A stretch of DNA of 64,000 nucleotides from Flectonema sp. DT1601 (lineage: Eukaryota), in assembly GCA_964019425.1 (NCBI GenBank), contig OZ025781.1, positions 930,001-994,000 on the forward strand, in the 5' to 3' direction. Shown here one piece after another: positions 1-8,938 of this stretch (position 1 is the stretch's first letter; each line of letters starts with the position of its first letter). The notes under the pieces are model-generated. The model was not told the DNA's origin and made no database searches. It saw only the letters and a list, made by a program, of their open reading frames with translations. A program made the position numbers and the translations under genes.

Positions 1-1256
1 CTGTTTGTTCTCTTGAGGGAACTGAACACAGCCCGGGCTTCTTCCTGCGAGAAAGGACTACACTCCGGAGTTTCATAGTCACCAGGTTTTACCTTTGGAG
101 CTTCTGGCCTAGTACTGTCAGAGCCGCTTGGGAAGAAACGGCTTATAAGCGACGTCATTGGAGCTCGTGGTGTTGGAAGTGCCGTCTTATCACCCCTGAG
201 TTCCCGTATTTTTCTGTAGGTCCACGAGAAGCCCTTATCACAACCTTGGGAGGCTACTTGGCTGGGGGATAGAGGAGCTAGGATACGTTCCCTTCCCTTG
301 TGTCGAGGCTTGCACCACTTGTTGGGTAGCTTGGCGATTGCTACTTTTTCTACCGTATGGACAAAGTTGTTTGAGAGTTTCTTCAAGGATTTTATCTTTA
401 ATAGTCGTGTTGTGTGTGATTCCAATGTATCAGAAAAGGCTGTCCAGTGTGCATCTTGGAACTGATTGAGGAGCCATTTGCGGTGTGGTGGTGAGTTGCT
501 AAAGTTTGAGAAAGTCGTGATATCGAAGTCCGCTAAGATAGGTGTATGATCCGACATTAGTGCGTCAGGGTCATATTGGCAAACGCTCAGACATTTATGC
601 TGAGGAGAGTGTAAGACCAGATCGGGGGTTGTACCGTGTTTCGGAATCGTCGGTTTGAGCTGAACTAACTCCAATCCGTTGTCATTTATCCAGTCAAAGA
701 CCGTTGAGCCTGCTGATTTTGTAGGGACTTTCTGTGACCAGGATTCATGATGGGCGTTAAAGTCACCAAAAGCCATGTCACCTAGATCGTATGATGATGG
801 AAGGCGTGAAACACCGGGTGGAATATATATATTCTTAAAAGTTATGGAACCTATTGTTGAAGCGAGGCTGAATTCCAGCGCCTCAATGTCGGAGGATCCA
901 GATGATACGTCGTTGTTGTGAGAGATCTTTAAACCATTTCTGAAATACGTCAGTAGGCCACCACCCCGGCTCTTGGAGACTGTCTTCCTGTCTCTCCTAA
1001 TGTACGAGTACCCATCCATATGTAAAAGATCACTGTTGTTCTCATTCAGCCAGGTCTCCTGCAGGTTTATTATATCAGGGTTTGTTGCGTTAACGATGGA
1101 CTCTAAGGCTGCTCTAGTGTTAGTAAGCGACCTTAGATTCCAGGATAAAATTCTCAGAGGACCCGGGTTTTGTTCTATCCCCGATCGGATTAAGAGCTGC
1201 CTCGCGGTGACCGTCAGATGGAAATCCCTGCTGGGATGTGGTTGGGGATGTCGTTG
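1..1256 (-). CDS. LINE ORF2: 2A-like leader, APE endonuclease, linker and start of the RT region (partial)
   Basis: Manual translation shows no stop from 1256 to 1: LRILSWNLRSL..PDIINLQETWL..RRDR..RGGG..NIYIPP..GDFNAHH..TPDLV..SDHTPI (APE motifs), ending SPFSQEEARAVFSSLK (pre-RT motif). First ATG is at 1019, downstream of the QET motif. Not in the ORF track. Confidence 0.92.
1158..1256 (-). other. 2A-like (StopGo/ribosomal skipping) peptide
   Basis: QRHPQPHPSRDFHLTVTARQLLIRSGIEQNPG/P directly before the APE domain. Same position as the trypanosomatid L1Tc 2A (..LLLSGDIEQNPGP) and nearly the same motif, but without the Asp. Confidence 0.8.
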
Positions 1257-3299
1257 CTATTGCTTTGACATAGAACTCCGGTGAGGCGTCCTACCCCGTG
1301 ATCTGCTGGGGGTATTCGTTCTGTCCCCGTAGGGAGAGAAGGAGTCTTGTAGCTGCTTTGCCACCTCTGATTCCTGTCCCAGGACTGATTTAGACCTGAT
1401 TCTGTTCAGCATCGTCTTGTTGGATGCTTTCTTCGGAGGTGCCTTCGTGACTGGTGCTGTTGTGACTTCAGCAGTTGGAGGCTGTGCCGGCTTACCGTGC
1501 ACCGGAGGTTTCATGTTCTGAGGTGGCACTTCAGTTGTTTCCGCAAGAGGAGACCCTTCCGGCGATGAGGACTGTTGAAGAACAGTGTGTTCGATCGAGA
1601 GTTTCTGCTCGTGCATTTGGTTAAGCCGAGCTAACAACTCCGATATTCTTCGTGACAGGTTAGCCACTTCGTCGGTGAGTCGGGAGTTCTGTTCCTGCAT
1701 TTTAACTTGCTGTTTCAGAAGATCTTGGATGCGAGCGTCTCTGTCTTCTAATGACGCCTGTGTCCGTGCTGACTGGTCCTTCTGTTGTTGATCTTGACGA
1801 GCCATGAGATCCGAGGCCTGTTCTGTTAAGCCCGTCACTTTGTCGGTTAGGTGGCCGTTCTGGACCTGCATCTGTCGCTGTTGTTTGAGAAGTTCTCCGA
1901 TTCGAGTGTCCTTAGCGGAGTCGGATGGGGACGTAGTGTCAGTTGGGGTGCTGTTGTCCGGTGAAGGAGCAGAGTCATCTGGTGAGCTATCATCTATTGT
2001 TGAAGTAGGGAGCGATGGATATTCCGCTTCGTTACGTGGTGGCGGTTCTCGTTTGGACTCTCGGTTTATAGTCAGGAGGCCATGTCCCTTGCAGTGAACG
2101 GTGGAGAAGGTCGGTTCTTCTAGTGATTTCACTACAAAGAAACCTCTGCTACCCTTCTTCCTGTGGTGAGTCGCTGTGTCTACAATCCAACCCTGTCCAC
2201 CTAGAATCTTGATGAGGTCTGTAGTGCTGATCCTATGGAGAGAGGGACCTGTTATGAAGTAGCGGGTACCCGGTGTTGGAGGAGGCATGGCTAGTTGTCC
2301 CAGAGTCTTACGTGTATCTAGTTCCCTTCCCGGGTAAGTAACTAAACCAAGCTTCTTCGTTCCACGAAGAAGGATGACTGCCGCGTCGCAATAATCTGCA
2401 GCCTTGCGGGCAGTATTTAAGTCTGCTGTGTCCAGTCTGATCACGACTGTTTTCGGTAGGTCTTCTTGTATGTGTCTCGAAGCAGAGATAAAGAAGCCCT
2501 TGTGTTCCGCTGGAACGTGCGCTTGCAGGCGGTGAACTGCATCAGTAGGTATACGAAGGTTCACCGATGACACCTTCGGGGTGCGGACTTTAGATGCCCA
2601 TATCTGGTGACGGTCTATGGGAGAGAAAGAGTGGTTCTTCGCAAAGTCGTTGTAGATCTTCAAGGCCGCTGCAGATAGATCCGAGGTTGAGAGTGCTTCG
2701 GTCTCACCGTGTCCAGAGTGGTAGTTCAGTTGAACCACTCCGTTCGATACAGGATCCCCGCCCGAACGGACTAAAAGTTTGGCTATGGAGCCTGAGATTG
2801 TCGTTGCGTAGGCCTTGCGGACTACCGTCTTACCATCTAAGAGCAAAGGTACTTGAATAAGGGTACCTTTACCCGGGTCTTCAGTTGTAATTGCCGTTAA
2901 ACGGCCTGTGTTGCTTCGTCGTTGGAGTTGTGGTATCTGGTCTGTCGGTAACAGAAATACAGCCGAAGCCACTGCAGGGTTGTTGATGACTTCACAGCCA
3001 TCTTTGACCTTAAGGTCCCAATCCTCATCGCGGAGTTGAGCCTTCCCCCACGGTTTTGCTGGTTTTAGTTGTCTGGACACTACTGTTGCCCATGACGAGT
3101 TCTTCTTCGTATCTTCAGAACCCGTCTGCCTCGGTGTTTTCGACTTTGGTCTCGGTGATGGAGCCGTTCTCGGTGGAGCTGCCTTCGGTCTCGACACTGA
3201 TGGCGGCGGAGGTTGCTTGTTCCTGCCATCTTGCGTGTTAGCTACCATGCTTAGCAGGGCGCTTAACAAGGTCTTCAACTGGACCCTCTTCTTTTTCAT
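1257..3299 (-). CDS. LINE ORF1 protein (basic N-terminus, central globular region, duplicated coiled coil)
   Basis: 680-aa ORF upstream of ORF2. Two related heptad segments, DTRIGELLKQQRQMQVQNGHLTDKV and DARIQDLLKQQVKMQEQNSRLTDEV. Ends in TAG in frame with ORF2. Confidence 0.85.
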   Translation of the reverse strand: MKKKRVQLKTLLSALLSMVANTQDGRNKQPPPPSVSRPKAAPPRTAPSPRPKSKTPRQTGSEDTKKNSSWATVVSRQLKPAKPWGKAQLRDEDWDLKVKDGCEVINNPAVASAVFLLPTDQIPQLQRRSNTGRLTAITTEDPGKGTLIQVPLLLDGKTVVRKAYATTISGSIAKLLVRSGGDPVSNGVVQLNYHSGHGETEALSTSDLSAAALKIYNDFAKNHSFSPIDRHQIWASKVRTPKVSSVNLRIPTDAVHRLQAHVPAEHKGFFISASRHIQEDLPKTVVIRLDTADLNTARKAADYCDAAVILLRGTKKLGLVTYPGRELDTRKTLGQLAMPPPTPGTRYFITGPSLHRISTTDLIKILGGQGWIVDTATHHRKKGSRGFFVVKSLEEPTFSTVHCKGHGLLTINRESKREPPPRNEAEYPSLPTSTIDDSSPDDSAPSPDNSTPTDTTSPSDSAKDTRIGELLKQQRQMQVQNGHLTDKVTGLTEQASDLMARQDQQQKDQSARTQASLEDRDARIQDLLKQQVKMQEQNSRLTDEVANLSRRISELLARLNQMHEQKLSIEHTVLQQSSSPEGSPLAETTEVPPQNMKPPVHGKPAQPPTAEVTTAPVTKAPPKKASNKTMLNRIRSKSVLGQESEVAKQLQDSFSPYGDRTNTPSRSRGRTPHRSSMSKQ

Positions 3300-3370
3300 T
3301 GTTTTTTTGGAGATGTTACTGAGGGGAGACGCACCTTACTGCTCTTTCACCGTATTGTTTGGATCGAGAT

Positions 3371-3408
3371 CAATAAAGTACAGAAACTGTAGCTTTAGAA
3401 TCGTTGGT
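3371..3408 (-). other. Retroposed copy of the spliced-leader exon (38 of 39 nt)
   Basis: Minus strand reads ACCAACGATTCTAAAGCTACAGTTTCTGTACTTTATTG. It contains the euglenozoan SL core ACAGTTTCTGTACT.TATTG and a diplonemid-type 5' part. Followed by ATCTC rather than a GT donor, so it is not an SL RNA gene. Confidence 0.92.
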
Positions 3409-3545
3409 GGAGAAGTGATTGAACTTGAGGACAAGAAACGACTTCCAATAGAAGTGACGCTACAAAGTCCTGAAAGATCAAGAGCAGTGATTCGAGAACA
3501 GGAAGTCAAAAAATTATCTCTAATAGTAACAACACTACTAAGACC

Positions 3546-3569
3546 TGAAAGTTAGTTAGTTAGTGAAAG
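3546..3569 (-). mobile_element. Micro-insertion (CTAA)3 flanked by a 6-bp direct repeat CTTTCA
   Basis: Plus strand: tgaaag-ttagttagttag-tgaaag. Sister LRR units read GAY CTT TCA GGW CTT with no insert. It introduces an in-frame TAA. Confidence 0.7.
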
Positions 3570-3595
3570 GTCAAGAGCAGTGATTTGTGAACAGG

Positions 3596-4305
3596 AAAAA
3601 AAAAAAAAAAAATTAACCAGTGTTTAGGGGTTTGAATCCCATGGATCCCGTCGCTCAGGCGGTCCGGTGGAGAACCGGGTAGGGCACTGTGAACGAGTTG
3701 CGGTCCAGGTGGCGTCGGAAGGCCACCGCACCAACAGATTTGTTTCTTCGCACAACAGTAGCTTGGAGACCGTAAGAGACCCAAGGTGGTTCACAACCGC
3801 TCGAACAACCGCGTGTGAAGGAACAAGATTGAAAAGAAAAGAATATAAGAAAAGAAATGCCACACACAAAAAACGACGTAGTAAAGCAGAGAGGTAGGGG
3901 GAGGGATGGCCTCTTTCTCCACACATTGCATGGGAGCTCCCCGAGTAACTCGCGGGGCTGATACTGTTAATACATTTCAGGCGACCTGAACTTATAATCC
4001 CCCCATGCGTGAAAAGACTAAACGGGGGAAGTTTGAAGGAAATGGGGGTAAAGGGAAATCATGCCACTAAGGAAAAAATAAAAACCCGGTGGCCCCTGTG
4101 AGCTCTGGGTGCCTGAGTCTCCCGGGCCGGATCACCTGACCTTCTGCTATGTTGTCCTTTTTTTTTTTTTTAAAGGTTAGGCTACCGGAAAATAAAACGG
4201 GGGTAAAAGAATACACAGCAACAACAATACGTCAGCACTCTAGTTACACACAAGGTGCATCCAGGTAACACCACGAGGAGGCGCGCTATCCGAGTTTCGT
4301 TACCC
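3596..4305 (-). mobile_element. Non-autonomous, non-coding retroelement (SINE/SIDER-like, possibly composite) with a 5' HDV-like ribozyme
   Basis: About 710 bp of non-LRR sequence inside LRR coding sequence. Starts at the ribozyme G1, has an internal A14 (4171-4158) and several GC hairpins, and ends in T17 (minus strand). Flanks are TGTTCACGAATCACT and TGTTCACAAATCACT. Confidence 0.75.
4234..4305 (-). ncRNA. HDV-like self-cleaving ribozyme
   Basis: P1 GGGUAAC/GUUACCU (G1-U wobble), P2 AGCGC/GUGCU, P3 GCC/GGU, L3 UCCUCGU, P1.1 CC/GG, P4 AUGCAC-CUU-GUGUGU, J4/2 AACUAGA containing the candidate catalytic C. The full nested double pseudoknot can be built by hand. Confidence 0.85.
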
Positions 4306-5377
4306 AAGTGATTCGTGAACACTCATACAAGAAATAATCCTTAATAGCTACAACATTATGAAGACATGAAAGGTCAATAGTAATGATTTGTGAACAGGAA
4401 GTCAAAAAATAAAACCCAATAGTGGTAACACTACTAAGTCCTGAAAGATCAAGAGTAGTGATTCGTGTACAGGAAGACAAGAAAAAATCCTCAACAGTGG
4501 TGACACTTTTAAGACCTGAAAGGTTAAGGGAGGTGATTGAACTTGAGGACAAGAAATTACCTCCAATAGTAGTGACGCTACTAAGTTCTGAAAGATCAAG
4601 AGCAGTGATTTGAGAACATTTACGCAAGAAGCCTTGAGATATGACTGTGATGTCGGAATTCGAATTGCGGAAAGATATCTGTAATAATTTAGCATCTAAA
4701 GGCAGCAAATCAGTAAAAGTGAGGCAACCGTCTTCTGAGAATGTAGGGGTGTCCAGATATAATTTCCCGCTGTTGCTTCGAAGCCAACGAAGAAGCCTTT
4801 CCCGCATAGAATCATCAACAAACCAGCATTTACCGAACAAACGAAACCGCTTCTTCCACATTTCCAATTCGCTGTTTGTATCCACTCCGTGATCCGCAAG
4901 CCTCTCAGTTTCACAAAGAATGTCACCAGCAAACGAGAGTTCAACTTCCTCCAGATCGATATCCCACTCCTCAGCCGCCGCCGTCAACACGTCGCTCACA
5001 ATGGAATCAACACTAGCCGTGACTGACACCGCAGGGAGTCCCAAATCTGGGCAAGTTACAGAAATTTGCATTTTGTTGAGTAATCTGCCGAAAAGAAACG
5101 AAGGGGTAACTTGACACTGTGATTAAATATAAGAGGGTGTTAATTATCCAGAAAATGTGTGTCCAAACGTCAAATGATTCCTTCTTTCCTTTTATCGGTG
5201 TATTGTTGGGGTTGTTGTACTTCTCCCTCTCTGATAGCAGCCTTCCCCTGGTTGGAACAACAATAAACTTCTTAATACTAAAATAGGTAAGAGGGTTAAA
5301 CTGAAAAAAGTGACAGAAAATTGGTTGAAACCTTTGACAGTAACAACTTTAATTATTTGTAGTAGTAATTGATAGGC

Positions 5378-5695
5378 CTGGAGCAGGGGGGTTAATTGTT
5401 CGAGTTCGTACGTAAAATACAAATGTTTTGTATCATAAACAACATAACGATAATTTAACATTAGTTCTGAGATACAGTGACTAAAGGTAATGTTAGTGTA
5501 GGTATACACACTGTGATTGACGTAAATACTTTACATTATAATAAATGTTTCTAACTTAGCTGCATACACATCTCTTTTTCCGTGTTGGAGCAGGGGGGAT
5601 GTATGTTCGATTTTGTAAAAATTACAACTGTGTTGTATCATAAAAACATAAAGATAATTTAACATTAGTTTTAAATACAGTGACTAAGGGTGATG
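5378..5695. repeat. Degenerate direct repeat, two copies of about 110 bp, about 207 bp apart
   Basis: tggagcaggggg..tgttcga..ttgtatcataaa..gataatttaacattagtt..atacagtgactaa.ggt.atg at about 5378-5492 and 5585-5695; partial gagcaggggg again near 5908. Confidence 0.7.
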
Positions 5696-6392
5696 CGCAA
5701 CTTAGCATATTAAAGTAACTATAGGTTTCGAGAGTAATCCATATACCTCTTACCTCTATTCTCTCTCATCAGTATGGTGTAGAAGTAAGTCAGTCAAATG
5801 TTGAGACTGAGTCATTCCAGTTTGCAGGACTGGAATGTAGTTACTTTAAGTTTCATGTTCATAATAAAAAAAAACATATTTTTTACTGTTACTAGTTCGT
5901 AGCTCACTAGAGCAGGGGGGGTAAAAAAATGATAACAAACACAAGAAAAAAAAGGTCGCAAGACTCAGAGACGGTACAATTGTGAGTATTTGAACATAAT
6001 AAACAAACTTAGCGGACTTTTAATTAGAACCGATGGGCCAATGCATAGCAGAAAACTACAACGGCTAGCCTTAATCGGAACGAGCAGTACATTACAATAA
6101 CGGTAATAAAATATTACCAACCTGATCTTCTTATAGACCCAATGGAGTGGTGAAATAATTCACTTCTTTGTTATTTCCCAAAAAGAACTAAATAAATTAT
6201 TCGACCCCACCGTGAAGTGTGTTATTATAATTTAGCTAACCATTTTACTTAACAACAAAAAACAAAAAAAAAAAATGTAAATTTAGAGATTTATTTCTAC
6301 GCTCATAAAGAAAATAAATAGCAAAAAGCAAAATAGGATGGTTGTGAAGGTTTTCGTAAGACAACAACTGCAGTTGCAATGGTGATGAACAT

Positions 6393-7637
6393 TTAATAGA
6401 CCCATTGAGTTTTCATCATTGCTAAATATCTAGTTCTCACAAGACTATACGGAGTTGATACTCGAGAAGCCGTATAAACTGTGGGGAAGTATGAAGAACG
6501 AGGGAAGTACGAAGGAGTAGGAGACCTAGTCTGAGATACATCAATCTCATACTTGTAATCATCTTCATGAGATACATATCGAGACCGACTACCAGATGAG
6601 TATCGAGATCTTCGTGACGGAGTATCAAATGACGCTCGTCGAGGAGATTGCGTACCGAGAGATCGAGTTCCAGTATTAAAAACAACATCATCTTTAGAGT
6701 CTTCCTCGTCAATATTTATTGTAGCCTGAGTACCCACTGAAACAGAAAAAGATCGAGTAGCAGGTTTACGAACAACATCATTGTTGATGTGTACACCATG
6801 ACTACTATTCTTTAAGTGGTTCTCTGCTTTATCTCTGATGTTGACGTCTTTTGGTAATCCAGTGTCGAACATTTCATCAGCGAGGTTTTGAAGTTTTTCA
6901 GACAGCGACTTTTGACTTGCCGTACTTTGACCATCAGAGTCAGGTTGGTGTTGAAGGGACAGCAGTACTTTACAAAACTGAGCAAACAGATCGAAGAGTT
7001 CCGTTTTTCTAGTTAGCAGTAAATTAAAATCATCCGTCGCGTCAGATTGTTTTGACTCGCCATCAATAGGAAGTCTGCGGCTGGCTACGGACACACTCTC
7101 TTCAGGGGAAGTTGTTAAGTGTTTTTGATCCATCGTAAATATTGGATATTGAGCATCTGTTATATCGACTGATGAGGATGGTTGTCTATCATGTTGAACT
7201 CTTCTTGAAATGAATGGAGATCGAAGACACTTTAACTGCTGCTCATTTCCACCACCTGCACCCCAAAGTATTGGAGATTCTGTAGGTGTTGTGATGATGT
7301 GTTTTGAAGGAGTAAATCTCTGCATAGGAGCAGTATTATAACTCTGCATTGGAGTCATGTTAACAAGTAGTTCATCATCTTCATCTGGTTCAGTATCTGC
7401 CTGATCACTTCGATAACTAAAGGTCACTGGGCGAACTTCTGCTATCGATTCAAAACTAAAATCGAAAACCCGATCCTTGACGAAGTCTTGTTCTTCTGCT
7501 TCTCTACTTAACTCAACATCTGACAGTTTGAACATTTCATCCAAGTCTGGCCAATTATTCCTCTCTCCTTCTCTGAAAGGATTCCTTGGAGCAGTTCTTG
7601 TTTCCCATCCGTATGGTGTTTCCGACGGGTCAACCAT
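6393..7637 (-). CDS. Hypothetical protein, 414 aa, S/R-rich C-terminus
   Basis: Long ATG-initiated ORF on the gene strand; no domain recognised. Confidence 0.7.
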   Translation of the reverse strand: MVDPSETPYGWETRTAPRNPFREGERNNWPDLDEMFKLSDVELSREAEEQDFVKDRVFDFSFESIAEVRPVTFSYRSDQADTEPDEDDELLVNMTPMQSYNTAPMQRFTPSKHIITTPTESPILWGAGGGNEQQLKCLRSPFISRRVQHDRQPSSSVDITDAQYPIFTMDQKHLTTSPEESVSVASRRLPIDGESKQSDATDDFNLLLTRKTELFDLFAQFCKVLLSLQHQPDSDGQSTASQKSLSEKLQNLADEMFDTGLPKDVNIRDKAENHLKNSSHGVHINNDVVRKPATRSFSVSVGTQATINIDEEDSKDDVVFNTGTRSLGTQSPRRASFDTPSRRSRYSSGSRSRYVSHEDDYKYEIDVSQTRSPTPSYFPRSSYFPTVYTASRVSTPYSLVRTRYLAMMKTQWVY

Positions 7638-8938
7638 CAGACTGTCCTGAGTGAGATATTAAATGATAATAAATAACAAACAACAATAAGTAAGTACACC
7701 TGAGTGCTTTTCGCTGGCGTACATGTTATAGCTGATGGAAAGATTTAAATTAAGTCACACCGCATTGATTCTCTGAACGGAACCCGAATACAATAAATTA
7801 TTTCGGACAACAAGAGCCGCTTCGATTATACAAACACACGAGGGTTACTGAAGAAGGAAACAATTTGTTTGTAGTTTTTTTGTTCTTTTTTTTTTTTTTC
7901 ACTAAAAACGTAACAGTAAGCGATCAGAAATAGACAAGCCTGTCACTCAACGAGAAGCTTGAAATGTCACTCTTTAAGATGCAGATGGGTTTTTGCAAAA
8001 AAAGATAACACAACAAGCCGTGGAATAATCATATCCTCATGTCGACACTGAAGAGCCGCGCATAAGAATCTTTTTTTCCCCTTTCCTCTTTTTTTTTTTT
8101 CATTTGTTTTCTGGGAGGAAACAGGAAAGAGGTGCGCTTGTTTTTTTTTTTTTTTTAAATGCTTGAAAACAATAAACAAATATTCAATAATAGTCAGACT
8201 GAACGACTAACTAAGTAAGTAGTACAACAACAGTACCGCCTTGCAAAACATCGTTGCTTGTCACTGTCTCAGATCAGCGATCTGAGACAATCTCGTTTTA
8301 ACTAGCAGACTGCAAGCCTGCCTTGTCTTTTTTTGACGAAAAAAAAAATAAAAACTTCGTTTTCATTTCATTGATGTAACTGCTTCTGTTTACAGAGGTG
8401 CCAGACACCTTTAAAACAATAATTGTAGTTACACATAATGAATGAAAGGAATACTTATCTCAGACTACATCCCTTTTATCCATCACATAGATTAGCCGTA
8501 ACCCTCAGAACTAGTGGTTGAATAATGTAAAGAGGTACTTTCACGTTAAGAATAGTTCTCATAGATGCTGCCTTTAAAGAAATAAAAGGAACAAAAAAAA
8601 GAGCAAGAGGCTGTGGAGCAAAGAACAAAACACAACTAAAAGATAAAACATCGAAAAAAAAGAGAACCGAAGAAAAACACAAGCACACATTGTCGGTAAA
8701 TTATATTGTGCGAATCACACAAAGTAGTGGAATGCTCAATTTTCTGTTGCCTTGACACTGTGCTTGTTCGGTACAAAAGAAAAAAACAGACTTGGCCATT
8801 AAGGCGGGTAAGCTCATGGCAAGCTGCTTTGCTTTGGAAAAGAGTAAAAGCTACCGTTGTGTGAAATGAAATAAAACATAATAAAACAATGATCCATAAG
8901 AACGACTAACTCAATAATAATAATTGCGATGAATGAGA

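Larger units (their letters stand above)
1..3408 (-). mobile_element. Non-LTR retrotransposon (APE-type LINE), 5' end intact and starting with the SL exon; 3' part runs off the window
   Basis: Order on the minus strand: SL exon (3408-3371), 71-nt 5'UTR, ORF1 (3299-1257), in-frame ORF2 with APE motifs open to base 1. GC-richer than host genes. It abuts LRR-coding host sequence at about 3409/3410. Confidence 0.93.
3410..5071 (-). pseudogene. Ubiquitin-like domain + LRR protein gene disrupted by three insertions
   Basis: N-terminal Ubl (MQISVTCPD..VELSFAGDIL..LADHGV), then about 26-aa LRRs (ITALDLSxLSSVTTIG..FL..C). Coding breaks at 4306, resumes at 3595-3410 (SCSQITALDLS..FLSSSSITS) with an inserted stop, and is then cut by the LINE. 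Confidence 0.85.

Noticed and set aside
1257..1259. UAG reassigned to a sense codon genome-wide
   Set aside because: Host genes here end in TAG at sensible positions (29279, 44008, 55879), and long ORFs have no internal TAG.
3371..3408. Functional SL RNA gene
   Set aside because: No GT donor or SL intron follows the exon, no array context is present, and upstream is LRR coding sequence.
3613..3645. tRNA gene or B-box (GGGTTTGAATCCC) on the plus strand
   Set aside because: Only a T-arm-like word; no D-arm or acceptor stem can be built.
3625..3662. Hammerhead ribozyme (CTGAGCGA..stem..AAAC, minus strand)
   Set aside because: The core deviates from CUGANGA and lacks GAAA, and the flanking stems are not evident.
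3410..4620. CRISPR-like periodic repeats
   Set aside because: The roughly 75-78 nt periodicity is LRR coding sequence; there are no unique spacers or cas genes, and the locus is eukaryotic.
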